NCBI RefSeq assembly: GCF_009914755.1
Contig: NC_060932.1
DNA length: 64,000 nucleotides
Direction: 5' to 3' (one strand)
DNA from: the human T2T-CHM13v2.0 reference genome, Homo sapiens
Shown here: piece by piece, positions 19,021 through 43,481 of the stretch
How the letters are laid out: every line of letters begins with the position of its first letter
Position numbering within the stretch: the first letter of the stretch is position 1
Notes under the pieces: generated by a model
Databases searched by the model: none
What the model saw: the letters and a program-made list of their open reading frames with translations, nothing else
What the model was told of the DNA's origin: nothing
Made by a program: the position numbers and the translations under genes

Positions 19021-20929
19021 ATGGCCGAGGCTGCGCCCATACTCTACCCAGTAGGGCACAAGAGGAGGTTGTCAGGGCATAAACTGTTAGCTGTGGAGTG
19101 ATGTGGAAGAGATGGCTCTTGATCCAGGCCTTAAAGGATGACTCACACCCTTTCAAAGGTTGTTTCTGAGATGACCAGGGATGAGGCTTTTTGTATTGTC
19201 ATCTTCACATACACCTCGGGAGGGTGCAGATGAAGAAACTGAAGCTGAGACAGGATTAAAGCAATCTCCCCAGAGTCACACAACTTCTGGATTTTACCGT
19301 ATCTGAGATGCCATCGATTTTAAGATATTCCATTAGGTTATGTACCACGATGAAAGAAAACATGCCCAAGACGAGGAGTCTCATAGGAGACTGGGCCACC
19401 AAGGGCCAGCGTGTGCTTATTATGGCATCTCTGGGGAGACCATCTGCTGTGCAGACAGGGGTGGCAGAAAATCTCGCAGGCCTCGACCTTGGCATTGGTT
19501 GCCAAGAGGGAAAAATGTCTCCCCCAAGAATTGGAACTGGAAGTGGGTGCTTGTCCAGCCTTGTGGTCTGAATGCATGCCGCCTGTGTGGTCCAGAACAA
19601 TGTCAAGCTGAGAATTTACTGTAAAATGCCCTCAGTGGGGTTGTCCCCCAACCCAGTGGCACAAACAAACCCATATCCCCCTAGAAGAACTTGGATTTAG
19701 TCTAGGCTGGCAGTACCCGCGTGGCTCCGGCTGCTATAAGACACATTCTGACTTCAGGGATGAGTGTCTTAGAATTGATGAAAGACAATTTTAAGTCTTG
19801 GGTCTCAGTAATCCAAGTGCAGAGTCCTCTTCCCTCCCTGCTGGCGCCTCTCTGCTATGGTTCCTTTGGTAGCTTCTGCATGACTGCTTTGAGACTCAGA
19901 GCAATGTACTGACAGCCCTCGTGGTTGTTTTCACCCAACATTGTATGCGGGGCATTGTGCATTTACATGCCTGATGTGAGCTGCTGAGCTGGCCGAATCC
20001 GTGTTACCAGCCGCTGCACTAAGCAGAAATGTCATCTTGAACTGCAGGGTGCTAGCACAGCTCTCTGTTCAGAGGCCAGCTCCCTGAGTGCTGATAACCT
20101 GGTCTGAACTTTCCCAGAAGCCCAGGGTGCTTTTTATGGTTGGAGCAACCTATTAATCCTCTAGTCCAGACTCAGCCACAGCCATTGGTCCCCGTGAACC
20201 AAACAGGCAGGAAGAAGCGGGAGGCATTTGGGATCTGGGAAGTAGCACTGGGTTAGCAGAAGCTGCAGGATGGAATGACTCCTGTGCAATGACTCCTGTG
20301 TTCTGTTGCTTCATTACCAACCACAAACTCACATCCATATGGAGACCCCACCTATTTTCCAAGAGGGCACACAGATATGTCTCTGTTTTACCCGGAAAAA
20401 CTTGAAACCAGAAGGATAGCTACATAGCTACATTGTTCTGGAAATTAACTAGCCCTCAATCATTTTATCGGAGGCATGTCTCTTCAGTGACCACAATCCT
20501 TTCATTTAGGGACTTCAGTTTAACCACACCGCAAACAGACTAGAAAACCAGGCTAGCCAGTGGGAAAACCTACTTGTGGATGGCTCATTTCAAGATTAAA
20601 TTTAGAACTTGGTCAGAGAAGGCCTTTGGAATTCAACCGGAATGGAGCTGGAGATGGTGGGAACACAGTCTCTGTTAATAGGAAGAATCATTTTCTTTAT
20701 ATTTGTGTAGCATTTACAAACATGCACCCTTTTCACACAATTATTCTGTTTAATTATTTTTCTTTCTAATGTGGAGAGGTAGAAAAAGTTATTTCATATT
20801 CTAGACAGGGAAATGGAGACACAGCAAGTAAGTGCCTGCTGGGGTGCCCAGTTGGGACAGGATCCCTGTCTCTGAGTCTCTCTTTTGTCTCTGTGGGGTT
20901 GGGGCAGTGGGTGCTGCCGGGTGGATTGA

Positions 20930-21247
<318 letters not shown>

Positions 21248-21898
21248 TAAGATGAATTTAGTGGATTCCAGGGATAAGAGGGAGCCTGAATTTTTTATTC
21301 CTGGCATTTAAAATACTGGAGAAGGAGTCAGTCGTGTCCACAGAGAGCCCTAGCAAAGTGAGATCATGGTATATGCTATGATAAGGAGTGTGGAGTAAGG
21401 ACCCAGAGGAGGGAGCCACTGCTGTAGTTGGGGAGAGTGTCATGGGGAGAGGACATTTTGAGTTGGGCTTTGAAGGTTAAGTAGGAGTTTGTCAAGTCAA
21501 AGAAGGGAGATGAGGGAATTTGATAAGAGTATCATGAGCATAGAAAATGTACAGTGTATTCAGGGCATGTGAAGCAGGAAAGAGATGGAGCTATAAGGGA
21601 ATTAAAAGGAGAGAATGCAATTGGAAAGAAAGTTTGGGGCCAGATCTTGAACATGATACCAGATCCGCCTCACAGCATGCTTAGGGGATTCTTACAGGGT
21701 TTAAAGTTGAAGTGTCTTGGGGGAAAAATTGTAAGGTGTGTTAGTTTTTGTAGAGTTAACCAGTTACTGGACCTTGTGGGGAGTTTTGGCCTGGCATGGT
21801 GGGAGCTGGCCCCACACAACACCTGTCCACCTGTCTGTAAGGAGAGCCCTCCATCCCTAGATCTCACAGGCCCATCCTCCCTCCAGGAGGGTTTCTAG

Positions 21899-22219
<321 letters not shown>

Positions 22220-22283
22220 TGATATTCCCTTTCTCTCCAACGTGAGAAATACAGTGGACTCAGATCTCTGGAGATGTATTTTC

Positions 22284-22577
22284 TTTTTCTTTTTTTTGAG
22301 GCAGGGTCTCGCTCTGTTACCCAGACTGGAGTGCAATGGCACGACCTTGGCTCACTGCAACCTCCACCTCCTGGTTCAAGTGATTCTCATGTCTCAGCCT
22401 CCCAAGTAGCTGGGATTACAGGCATGCACCACCATACCTGGCTAATTTTTGTATTTTTAGTAGAGACGGAGTATCACCATGTTGGCCAGGCTGATAGAAC
22501 TCCTGACTTCAGGTGATCTGCCCGCCTCGGCCTCCCAAAGTGCTGGGATTACAGGTGTGAGCCACCGGGCCCAGCCT
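22284..22577 (-). mobile_element. AluS in intron 13
   Basis: Antisense Alu; ctggagatgtatttt direct repeat on both sides. Confidence 0.9.
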
Positions 22578-23554
22578 AGCTTGGCCTGGAGATGTATTTT
22601 CATAGTTAATGACTGGTTGGGTTTCAGAATCTTGAGATCAGTTTGTGTCACACAATGCCCATACTGTGTTTTACCTAATATATTAAGAAGACATTTGTTC
22701 AATTTATTAGGTCCATCATAAGAAAGGACACTGTGGTATTTCAGGACTTCTCTTCTCTCCTACAGTATATTGTAGTTTAGCTTGTGGAGTTTGGAGTTTC
22801 AACAGCCTAACTTCAGGGCTCAGCTCTGGCTGTGCTTCAGTCTCCTCACCTGTATAATGGCAATAATAGTAGTTGCTCCCCCGTGAGGTTGTTGTGAGGG
22901 TTAAATGGGTTAATATATATGTACAGTGCTTAGAATGGGGCCATTTGAGAACTGTTAGTTGTATTTGCTTGGGTAATTTGTGTGATATCCCCTTGGTGAG
23001 AGGAAAGGGTTCAGATTTTTAAGTTTCCTTGCTTGAAACTTCTTTCCCATCTTTCATTTGTCCCATGACTAGAACATTCCACTCTTCCAGCTCCCTGGGC
23101 CACAGATTCCTATGGCGTATTAAAGAAATTGTTAAACCAGAGAGAATTTTTTTTCTTGGTGGTTGTATGGGTTTTTAGAAAGTAACCTATGTCCCATATA
23201 TGGATTACCAGTTTTCAAAACATTTAAAAATAAGGAACTTTACTTTGTTGTAAGTAAAACGTGTATAATCATGTCTGTGTTTTCTGATCTCTCAAAGCTG
23301 TTCCAATATAAGGTGCCATCGTTCCTCCTACTTGTGATTATATGTGTAGGATTAGGGGATTAGAATGCCAGAAGAGGGCTATGTCCTCAGAAAAGCCACA
23401 GCCAATTTGACTAATCAGAACAGGGGACAGGACAGAGTCTAAGATGTAGTGATATTTTGTATATAGTTTTACTTTCTCCAGTAATAGATCCAACAACCTT
23501 TATACAGTGTCTGATTCTTTGGTTACCTTAGGCTCATCTCCTTTTTAAAAAGTT

Positions 23555-24227
<673 letters not shown>

Positions 24228-24253
24228 AATGCGACTAGCACTTTTCCTCCTGA

Positions 24254-24427
<174 letters not shown>

Positions 24428-26596
24428 AGCTCCTGGGCTGTGCCGTCCACTGGGGACTGGGGATGGGACACCTGAGGACATTCTGAGACTTCTTTCTTCC
24501 TTCCTTTTTTTTTTTTTGTTTTTTTTTTAAGAGCCTGTGATAGTTACTGTGGAGCAGCCAGTTCATGGGGTCCCCCTTGGGGCCCCACACCCCGTCTCTC
24601 ACCAAGAGTTACTGATTTTGCTCATCCACTTCCCTACACATCTATGGGTATCACACCCAAGACTACCCACCAAGCTCATACAGGGAACCACACCCAACAC
24701 TTAGACATGCGAACAAGCAGCCCCCAGCGAGGGTCTCCTTCGCCTTCAACCTCCTAGTGTCTGTTAGCATCTTCCTTTTCATGGGGGGAGGGAAGATAAA
24801 GTGAATTGCCCAGAGCTGCCTTTTTCTTTTCTTTTTAAAAATTTTAAGAAGTTTTCTTTGTGGGGCTGGGGAGGGGCCGGGGTCAGGGAGAGTCTTTTTT
24901 TTTTTTTTTTTTAAATACTAAATTGGAACATTTAATTCCATATTAATACAAGGGGTTTGAACTGGACATCCTAATGATGCAATTACGTCATCACCCAGCT
25001 GATTCCGGGTGGTTGGCAAACTCATCGTGTCTGTCCTGAGAGGCTCCACAATGCCCACCCGCATCGCCATTCTGTAGTCTTCAGGGTCAGCTGTTGATAA
25101 AGGGGCAGGCTTGCGTTATTGGCCTAGATTTTGCTGCAGATTAAATCCTTTGAGGATTCTCTTCTCTTTTACCATTTTTCTGCGTGCTCTCACTCTCTCT
25201 TTCTCTCTCTAGCTTTTTAATTCATGAATATTTTCGTGTCTGTCTCTCTCTCTCTCTGTGTTTCCTCCAGCCCTTGTCTCGGAGACGGTGTTTTCCTCCC
25301 TTGCCCCATTATCTTTTCACCTCCCAGGTCTACCATTTCATGGTGGTCGTTGGGTCCGCCTAAAGGATTTGAGCGTTTGCCATTGCAAGCATAGTGCTGT
25401 GTCATCCTGGTCCATGTAGGACTGGTGCTAACCACCTGCCATCATGAGGATGTGTGCTAGAGTGTGGGACCCTGGCCAAGTGCAGGAATGGGCCATGCCG
25501 TCTCACCCACAGTATCACACGTGGAACCGCAGACAGGGCCCAGAAGCTTTAGAGGTATGAGGCTGCAGAACCGGAGAGATTTTCCTCTGTGCAGTGCTCT
25601 CTGGCTAAAGTCACGGTCAAACCTAAACACCGAGCCTCATTAACCCAAGTGAACCAACCAAAGTCACCAGTTCAGAAGTGCTAAGCTAATAGGAGTCTGA
25701 CCCGAGGGCCTGCTGCTTCCTGGTTAAGTATCTTTTGAGATTCTAGAACACATGGGAGCTTTTTATTTTCGGGGAAAAACCGTATTTTTTTCTTGTCCAA
25801 TTATTTCTAAAGACACACTACATAGAAAGAGGCCCTATAAACTCAAAAAGTCATTGGGAAACTTAAAGTCTATTCTACTTTGCAAGAGGAGAAATGTGTT
25901 TTATGAACGATAGATCACATCAGAACTCCTGTGGGGAGGAAACCTTATAAATTAAACACATGGCCCCCTTAGAGACCACAGGCGATGTCTGTCTCCATCC
26001 TTCCCTCTCCTTTTCTGTCACCTTTCCCCCTAGCTGGCTCCTTTGGACCTACCCCTGTCCTTGCTGACTTGTGTTGCATTGTATTCCAAACGTGTTTACA
26101 GGTTCTCTTAAGCAATGTTGTATTTGCAGGCTTTTCTGAATACCAAATCTGCTTTTTGTAAAGCGTAAAAACATCACAAAGTAGGTCATTCCATCACCAC
26201 CCTTGTCTCTCTACACATTTTGCCTTTGGGGATCTGGTTGGGGTTTTGGGTTTTTTGTTGTTGTTGTTTATTTGTTATTTTAAAGGTAAATTGCACTTTT
26301 AAAAAAATAATTGGTTGACTTAATATATTTGCTTTTTTTCTCACCTGCACTTAGAGGAAATTTGAACAAGTTGGAAAAAAACAATTTTTGTTTCAATTCT
26401 AAGAAACACTTGCAGCTCTAGTATTCACTTGAGTCTTCCTGTTTTTCCTGTACCGGGTCATGGTAATTTTTGGTTGTTTTGGTTGTTTTCTTAAAAAACA
26501 AGTTAAAACCTGACGATTTCTGCAGGCTGTGTAAGCATGTTTACCTGTTGGCTTGCTTTGTGTGTCTGTTAAATGAATGTCATATGTAAATGCTAA

Positions 26597-26602
26597 AATA
26601 AA
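26597..26602 (+). terminator. Proximal polyadenylation signal AATAAA
   Basis: tgtaaatgctaaAATAAAtcg; UGUA upstream. Confidence 0.55.
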
Positions 26603-26870
26603 TCGACAGTGTCTCAGAACTGAATAACTGCAGTGACTTGATGCTCTAAAACAGTGTAGGATTTAAGAATAGATGGTTTTTAATCCTGGAAATTGTGATT
26701 GTGACCCATGAGTGGAGGAACTTTCAGTTCTAAAGCTGATAAAGTGTGTAGCCAGAAGAGTACTTTTTTTTTTGTAACCACTGTCTTGATGGCAAAATAA
26801 TTATGGTAAAAAACAAGTCTCGTGTTTATTATTCCTTAAGAACTCTGTGTTATATTACCATGGAACACCT

Positions 26871-26876
26871 AATAAA
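26871..26876 (+). terminator. Distal (likely major) polyadenylation signal AATAAA
   Basis: AATAAAgcaaaatgtggttgtttcaggggtgtgtctgtattg: hexamer plus GU-rich downstream element. Confidence 0.8.
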
Positions 26877-27568
26877 GCAAAATGTGGTTGTTTCAGGGGT
26901 GTGTCTGTATTGAGATGTTCGGGAGGCGGCTGCTTGACTTGGGCCTCCAACCAGACTTCCCCTCCACAAGCATTCACGGAGCCCTCGGCTTCAGTTTGGT
27001 GAATATACCAATTCAAGAGTTTTCACTCCATGTCACAGGCTGCTACGTCCAGGCCACGGGATTCTAATTCTAAGCAAAGATGCAGCCTGCGGGTGCATGG
27101 CAAACCAAGTGTCAGAAATTCACAGACTCTATCCTGGAGAGCCCTCCAGAATCAAGCTGCATACTGAAGCTTGAAACTGGGAATGGGGTGGGACCACATG
27201 CTTTCATGTGGGTGACCCCTCTGGGCTCTCTGCTTCCTTCCAGCTTGTTTACCCCGGAAAATCCTCCAGCATGAAAGATAAGAGGCAGGTGTGTTGGCCC
27301 TTATCCACACCTCAGTCCGGAAACTTGTGGGAAACCAGGTTATAAAGGCTTGGTCTTCCACTTTCATGCAAGTGTCAAGAATGCACTTTGGCCAGGAGCC
27401 CCGCCCACCCCAGCAGTCCAGATGCTTGGTTTCCGTGGTTACCCTGATAACTGGCACTCACATTATTGATTCTGAGAAGACTGAATGAAGAGAGTGTGTG
27501 CCTTGGGCCCCCCAGGCCTATCATAGGGTTGATGAAGTCATTATCTTTTTTTCCCTTCCTCCTCCCCT

Positions 27569-35382
<7,814 letters not shown>

Positions 35383-35948
35383 TGAACTTTCTAGATGTAT
35401 GGACCCACGTAAACAGTACCCCAATTAAGATATAGAACATTTCCATCACCTAGTAAGTTCCTTGTATGCCTTTCCAGTCAATCTCTGCCACAATAATTCT
35501 AGATCTATTCTGGGGTAACCAATTTTCTGATTTCTAGAGCCATAGTTTAGTGTTGTCTGTTCTAGAATTAGCAGTTTATTTTTCACCATGTAAATTCCAG
35601 CTTAGGAGGCTCCTCTCCCCTGTGCATCTTTTCTCAAAGTGCTAACCATGACCCTGGCTCCTTCCATTCTCAGAAACCACTGTCCTCAACACATGGCCTT
35701 CAGCATTACCAGAAGAGGAAGAGAGAAAGAGATTTTTTTAGCACAGGTTTGGAAATATATTCATCATTTTCGCTTACCTTCCATTGGTCAGAACTCACTA
35801 CATGATCCACCTACATGCAAATGGCTTGGGAAATATAGGCTTCCTGTGTGCCCAGGAGGACAATGAAATTGCCTGGTTAGCACTGAGCATTGTCTCTATC
35901 ACAATAGAAGAGGGGTGATTCCCCAAAGGAAAATCAGTGTGAAAGAAC

Positions 35949-36568
35949 TGTCAGAGGCGTTTGAACCAGAGCGACTCCATCTTGAATAGGGGCTGGGTAA
36001 AATGAGGCTGAGACCTACTGGGCTGCATTCCCAAGAGTTTAGGCATTCTAAGTCACAGGACGAGACAGGACGTTGGCACAAGGTACAGGTTACAAAGACC
36101 TTGTCGATAAAAGGATGTGGTGAAGAAGCTAGCCAAAACCCACCAAAACCAAGAAGGCAACGAAAGTGACCTCTGGTAGTCTTTATTGCTCATTATACGC
36201 TAATTATAATGCATTAGCATGCTAGAAGACACTCTCGCCAGTGCCATGACAGTTTACAAATGCCATGGCAACATCAGGAAGTTACCCTCTATGGTCTAAA
36301 AGGGGGAGGAACCATCAGTTCTGAGAATTGCCCAACTCTTTCTCTGAAAACTCATGAGTAATCCACCCCTTGTTTAGCATATAATCAAGGAATATAAAAT
36401 ATAAAAATAGCCAACCAGCAGCCCTCGGGGCTTCTCTGCCTATAGAATAGCCATTCTTTAATCCTTTACTTTCTTTCACTTTACTCTGTGGACTCTCTCC
36501 GAATTCTTTTTTTGCGAGAGGTCCAAGAACCCTCTTTTGGGGTCTGGATCTGGACCCCTGTCATAACA
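35949..36568 (+). mobile_element. MER41B-like solo LTR (ERV1)
   Basis: Starts TGtcagaggcgtttgaaccagagcgactccatcttgaatagg, ends ...taaCA; 4-bp TSD GAAC at 35945-35948 and 36569-36572; tandem TTCnnnGAA motifs. Confidence 0.85.
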
Positions 36569-36777
36569 GAACCACTGATAGAAGGCAACCCAGAGAATAA
36601 TAAAGAAAATCTTGCACGAGGTGTATTTATAATGAGCTGACTCTGTAAGACTGAGTTACTTCTTAAAATAGACTGAGGCTGAGACGACATTTGTGGGCAG
36701 GGTTACGCATCTTTGTATATTTCCACCTCAGCACGCATGGATGCTGGGCATGAAAACACTACTGATGTCACTACCTT

Positions 36778-38460
<1,683 letters not shown>

Positions 38461-39423
38461 TCTTCAGATTAATTACAAAATTATGTACAAGGTCCAAGTG
38501 TCCCCCCACTAGATGATGATCTTAACACTTTCATCTTATGAAAAATGGGGAATAGATTCCCAAAGTGTTGCACTTATCTACGCCAGGCTCCATGGATTCT
38601 AGCTGCATTTGAGGGCTCCCTGGCTCATGGCCTCAGCTCCTGACTCAATTGTCCTCAGTGTTTCATTGATAAATTCATAAATTTGAGACTGTCTCAAAAA
38701 AATTCTGATAAGTGTTGTGATAAGCTATAAACCATAGATACATAATTAGGAGGATGCAGCTAACTGTGGGGATGAAAAAGACTTCCCAAAGAGTTCTCAA
38801 GCCTTCGTGAAATTGAATAAAGACAAAAACAGGGAAGTCTGAAACTGCAGCACGATGACCCACAGGCCCGTTCCATATGTGTCTTGGGCCTAGTTCATCT
38901 CCAAGGGCACTGATCTGGTCCTTGAACGTCAGCTTTTTATGTAAACTGTTTGAGGACCAAGGTGTGTGTGGACCTGCTGTTCATTCCCTGATGAGCTGAT
39001 AGTGATAGTGCGTTCTATCAGTTTTTAGTGGCTTATTTGCACATCTGATCTTATTGAAATGTTATAAAGTTCATGGAGGGCTACTCCATTGGGATTATTA
39101 TTGCTCTTTCTCTCCCTCATTCCTTGTTCTCCATCTTCCCCTCCACGCCCCACCCTGCCATGAGGGTTCCAGCCATTCCCAAATGAGTATTCTGTCCTTC
39201 AGGTCCTTATTTAGAAAAACAGTCATTGGCCTGGTTGCCTTTCAATATTTAATTCTACTTTCATAAGTGGAAATAAAGCCTGCTCTTGCCCCTTTCCTCC
39301 TAGATGACAGTAGTTAGGATAATATGGTGACCTAATTAATGGTAGTCTTGGTTGACAAAGTATTTGTCAGGTAATTTGGAATGACAGCTGTGGAAAGCTT
39401 ACCTCTGGCGGCTTAGCTTAGTT

Positions 39424-39442
39424 TGTCCAGTAGGTGGCAGTA
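39424..39442 (+). promoter_or_regulatory. CTCF core motif
   Basis: TGTCCAGTAGGTGGCAGTA fits CCASYAGRKGGCRS with no mismatch; binding not shown. Confidence 0.6.
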
Positions 39443-40619
39443 GTGTACAAGCTGTGCGAGAGCAAGTTCTCAAGAAGACAAAATGCAACTTCCGTTCCTA
39501 AGCAAGAAAAGGACAGAATGCAGTATCTGTTCCTAAGCAAGCACCCAGCCAGCTGTATCTGGATGTGGACCTGCATTCGGTCCATGAGGAGACCAACAGG
39601 TGACTCTGAGTTTAGAAAGCTACGTATTAAACATAATGGTGTGTAGATTTAGCAAGAGACACTAAAAAAGTTGATTATTAGGGGCCAAAATCTCAGATCC
39701 CCTTATTAAGTAAATTGGTTTTCCTGATAGAGGCGCCCTGTGTTCAGATAGCGTTTGTGTGGCAGAGCTGACTGCAAGGAGACAAAGGCTTGCTGGGGCT
39801 TTCATAGGATGGTACTGTGCTGGAGTGGGCTATGTACACTACGATCACGCCGAGGCTGCAGGGAGCGAGCTTGCAGGTGTCTGGTGGTATAAGTCGGGCG
39901 CAGGAAGATTGTGAGTTATTTACACAGGAGGGCTGTGTGTCCTGGACCATGAAGAAAGGCAGACTTGTAGCTTGTTTGCTTCTTTTTGCTTTCCCCTGCT
40001 CCCACCAGCCTGACTTTTTCCCTAATGAGGACTTCACAGTTTGCAGCGTTGTCAAATTAGCTAACCAGATGCAATAGGAGTCAGGCTTTCATTCCCTCTT
40101 GCAGCCTGTTTCGGTGCTTCATGTTAAAATCCTGTAGTTACTCTCTCTCTCTTTCTTTCTCTCCCTTTCTCTCTCTCTCTGTCAACAGAGGCACTGTAAA
40201 TTACCAGTGACTGGTCAAATTTGTGACCATTCTTTATCTCCTTCCCTCCTGTCCCTGAATTTGGCTCTCGTACCCAAGCCTGGCTTTCGTATCACACTGG
40301 ATGTATGGGGAATGAGGCTCAGCACTGTCACTGCATTTGTGTTATTTCATCTGATCAGTGTTGTGATGAACTATAAACCACAAGGACTCAAGGGATCCCC
40401 CTGCCTCAGCCTCCTGAGTAGCTGGGATTACAGGTATTATGATACCCGAAATAGGTAATATATTAGCTGCCTATATACTATTCATGCTGATTCATTTATC
40501 TGTACTAATTAAGACTTAGCACCTTAGGTGAATGGAACATAGACCAAACAAGCTTTTTAAAATAACGATTTAAAACAAAAGAAAAGTAATGTATGTTAAA
40601 TGTAAGAACATATTTAAAA

Positions 40620-41620
40620 AGTAAAGTATCAGCATAATATTGGCTTCCTATAATGATTTGGGATGTGTTCTTTCTTTTTTAATTTAATGCAAGAATGTAT
40701 TCAATGTATTATTTCCTCCTTAACTGCTTGACTGGTTGAATTGACCATTGAAACCATTTGGACCTAGAGTTCTCTCTGTGGGAATGTTTTTAAACTACAA
40801 ATTCAATTTCTTTAATAGGCATAGGGCTATTTAGTTTATCTGTTTCTTCTTGAGTAAGCTTTGGTAGTTTGTGTCTTCCATGGAATTTGTCCATTTCGTC
40901 TGAGTTGTTGAATTTATTGGCATAGAATTGTTAATCATATTTCCTTATTATCTTCTTAATATTAATAGAATTTTCAGTGATGTCATCCTCTCTTTCCCAA
41001 TGTTAGTAATTTGCATCATCTCCCTTTTTCTCCTTATCACAATGGTTAGTTTATCAATTTCATTGATCTGAAAAAACTAGCTAATAGTTTAGTTGATTTT
41101 CTCTATTGTTTTACTGTTTTGCATTTAATTGATACTTCACTCTGATTTTCATAATTTCTTTTCTTCTATTTAGGACGAATTTAATTTGCTCTCCTTTTTC
41201 TAGTTTTCTGAAGTGGAATCTGATGTATTTTTTCTTTTCCAATGAAGGCATTTAGTGCTATAAGTTTCACTGAAGTTACCGTATTCATTTTCTTTTTACC
41301 CATGAGTTATTGAGGAATATGCTATTAAGCTTCGAAGTATTTGGGAATGATCCAGAGATTTTTCTGTTACTGACTTCTAACTTAAAGTCATTGTAGTTAG
41401 AGAACTTACATGGTGTGAACTTAAATAACCTTAAATTTATGGAGACATATTTTATGAGCCTAAATATGATCCATCTTGAAAAATGTTCCAAATGCACTTG
41501 AGAAAAATGAGTATTCTGCTGAGAGGGAATGGAGGGTTCTATAAATGTCGGTAGGCCAAGTTGGTTGATGGAGTTCTTGAAATATCCTAATGTCCACAGT
41601 GATTATTCATCTACTTGTTA
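40620..41620 (-). mobile_element. Old L1M ORF2 5' region remnant (antisense)
   Basis: T-rich antisense L1 pattern; degenerate endonuclease-like peptide in ORF 41285..41497(-). Confidence 0.65.
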
Positions 41621-42575
41621 TATCAAGCCATACCAGCCTATTAGCTGAGAATGACTGGATCTGAAATTTTAGGACAGTGTCAAAGTGGAGCCAGCAGCAT
41701 CATTATTTGGTTTTCCACATTGTTGGGAGACCATCCCTGTAACATATTCCAAAGCAAATTTCTATAAAATGCCAGTCTGGGGAGATGCTCTGTGGAAACA
41801 ATGTGATATAGGTCAAATGGGTATGAAGCACTTGGGGAGTTAGAATACATATATGAAATCTTGTTTAATTTGGTTAATTATTTCTCAAATTTATTTTATC
41901 ATAGCATCATTTTTTTACGTGACACTTATAAAATCCTTCAGAACTAAAATTATTTGGGATACATTTAGAGAAATATGTAGATATGGCTAGTATCTAGTAG
42001 GTACTAGATACATTTCTAGCTTTTGTGGTCACATAGATACTTTTTATTTGTAAAAGTATTATTACATTCCTATTTTAGTAAGTCCTTTTTTTAAAGAGCA
42101 GGTACCACATTTTAACAAATCTTAATGGGATGAACTTGTGGTTTTCATTTGCCACTACTGAAGTGACAAATGATATTAATTCATGGATATTATTTTCTAA
42201 TGAAGCTGATATCAATTTGTGTAGAGTTGTATTTAGAATGTTAGATCAATATCTATAGTTGAGACAGGTCAAAGGGTTTTTGAATGTGTATGTTAGTTTT
42301 GTCAGGCTTTGACACTTAAGGCTAGGGTGGCTTCTTAAATTAATTAGGATTGTTTCCATGTTTGTGGGCTGCAGAATAGTTTATATAACATAAAAATTAT
42401 CTGTTTGAAAGCTTAAAAAGACTTGCCCATAAAACTGTCTGAGCCCAGAACCATAATTAGATTATAAATACGTGTAATTAAGGGAATGTTTGGTTTGTTT
42501 TATGTGTAAAGAGTGGAGGAGAGTTAAATACTTGACATGTGGGAGAGGCTTCCTTAAAGTAATAGAGCCCCTTGA

Positions 42576-43084
<509 letters not shown>

Positions 43085-43481
43085 TAATTGATCTAAGCAA
43101 TACTTTGACCAAGACAGAAGCCCCTGGCTACATCTTTACCAGCAACAGAAGAAATTAAACCCTTCTTAGTCAGGACTAGAGAACTTGACACTGTCACAAC
43201 GTGAGTAAAACTGAGAGAGGCTGATGGGAGCAGAGCATCCCATCTATGCAGGAGAATCCCTGTCCCGGAGCAAGCAGGAGGCTGATGGGAACAGAGTATC
43301 CCATCTATGCAAGAGAATCCCTGCCTTGAGACAAGCAGGACCAGCATGCACCAAGGTGCATGAAATTCCTGCGATAAACATCCAGTTATCCATGTTAAGA
43401 CGAGCACCTTGTCATCACCCAGCCAAGATGTTCTTCTTTACGGGCAAGTCAATTCCTGTTGCCTGTTTCTTTTCTTCCTTT

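Larger units (their letters stand above)
24428..26895 (+). other. DPYSL2: DPYSL2 3'UTR (3' end approximate)
   Basis: Stretch with no recognisable interspersed repeat after the stop; U-rich tracts; ends after AATAAA 26871-26876 with a GU-rich element downstream. Confidence 0.85.

Noticed and set aside
38503-38520. CTCF-like CCACTAGATGATGA
   Set aside because: 3' half lacks the GGC core; much weaker than the two reported motifs
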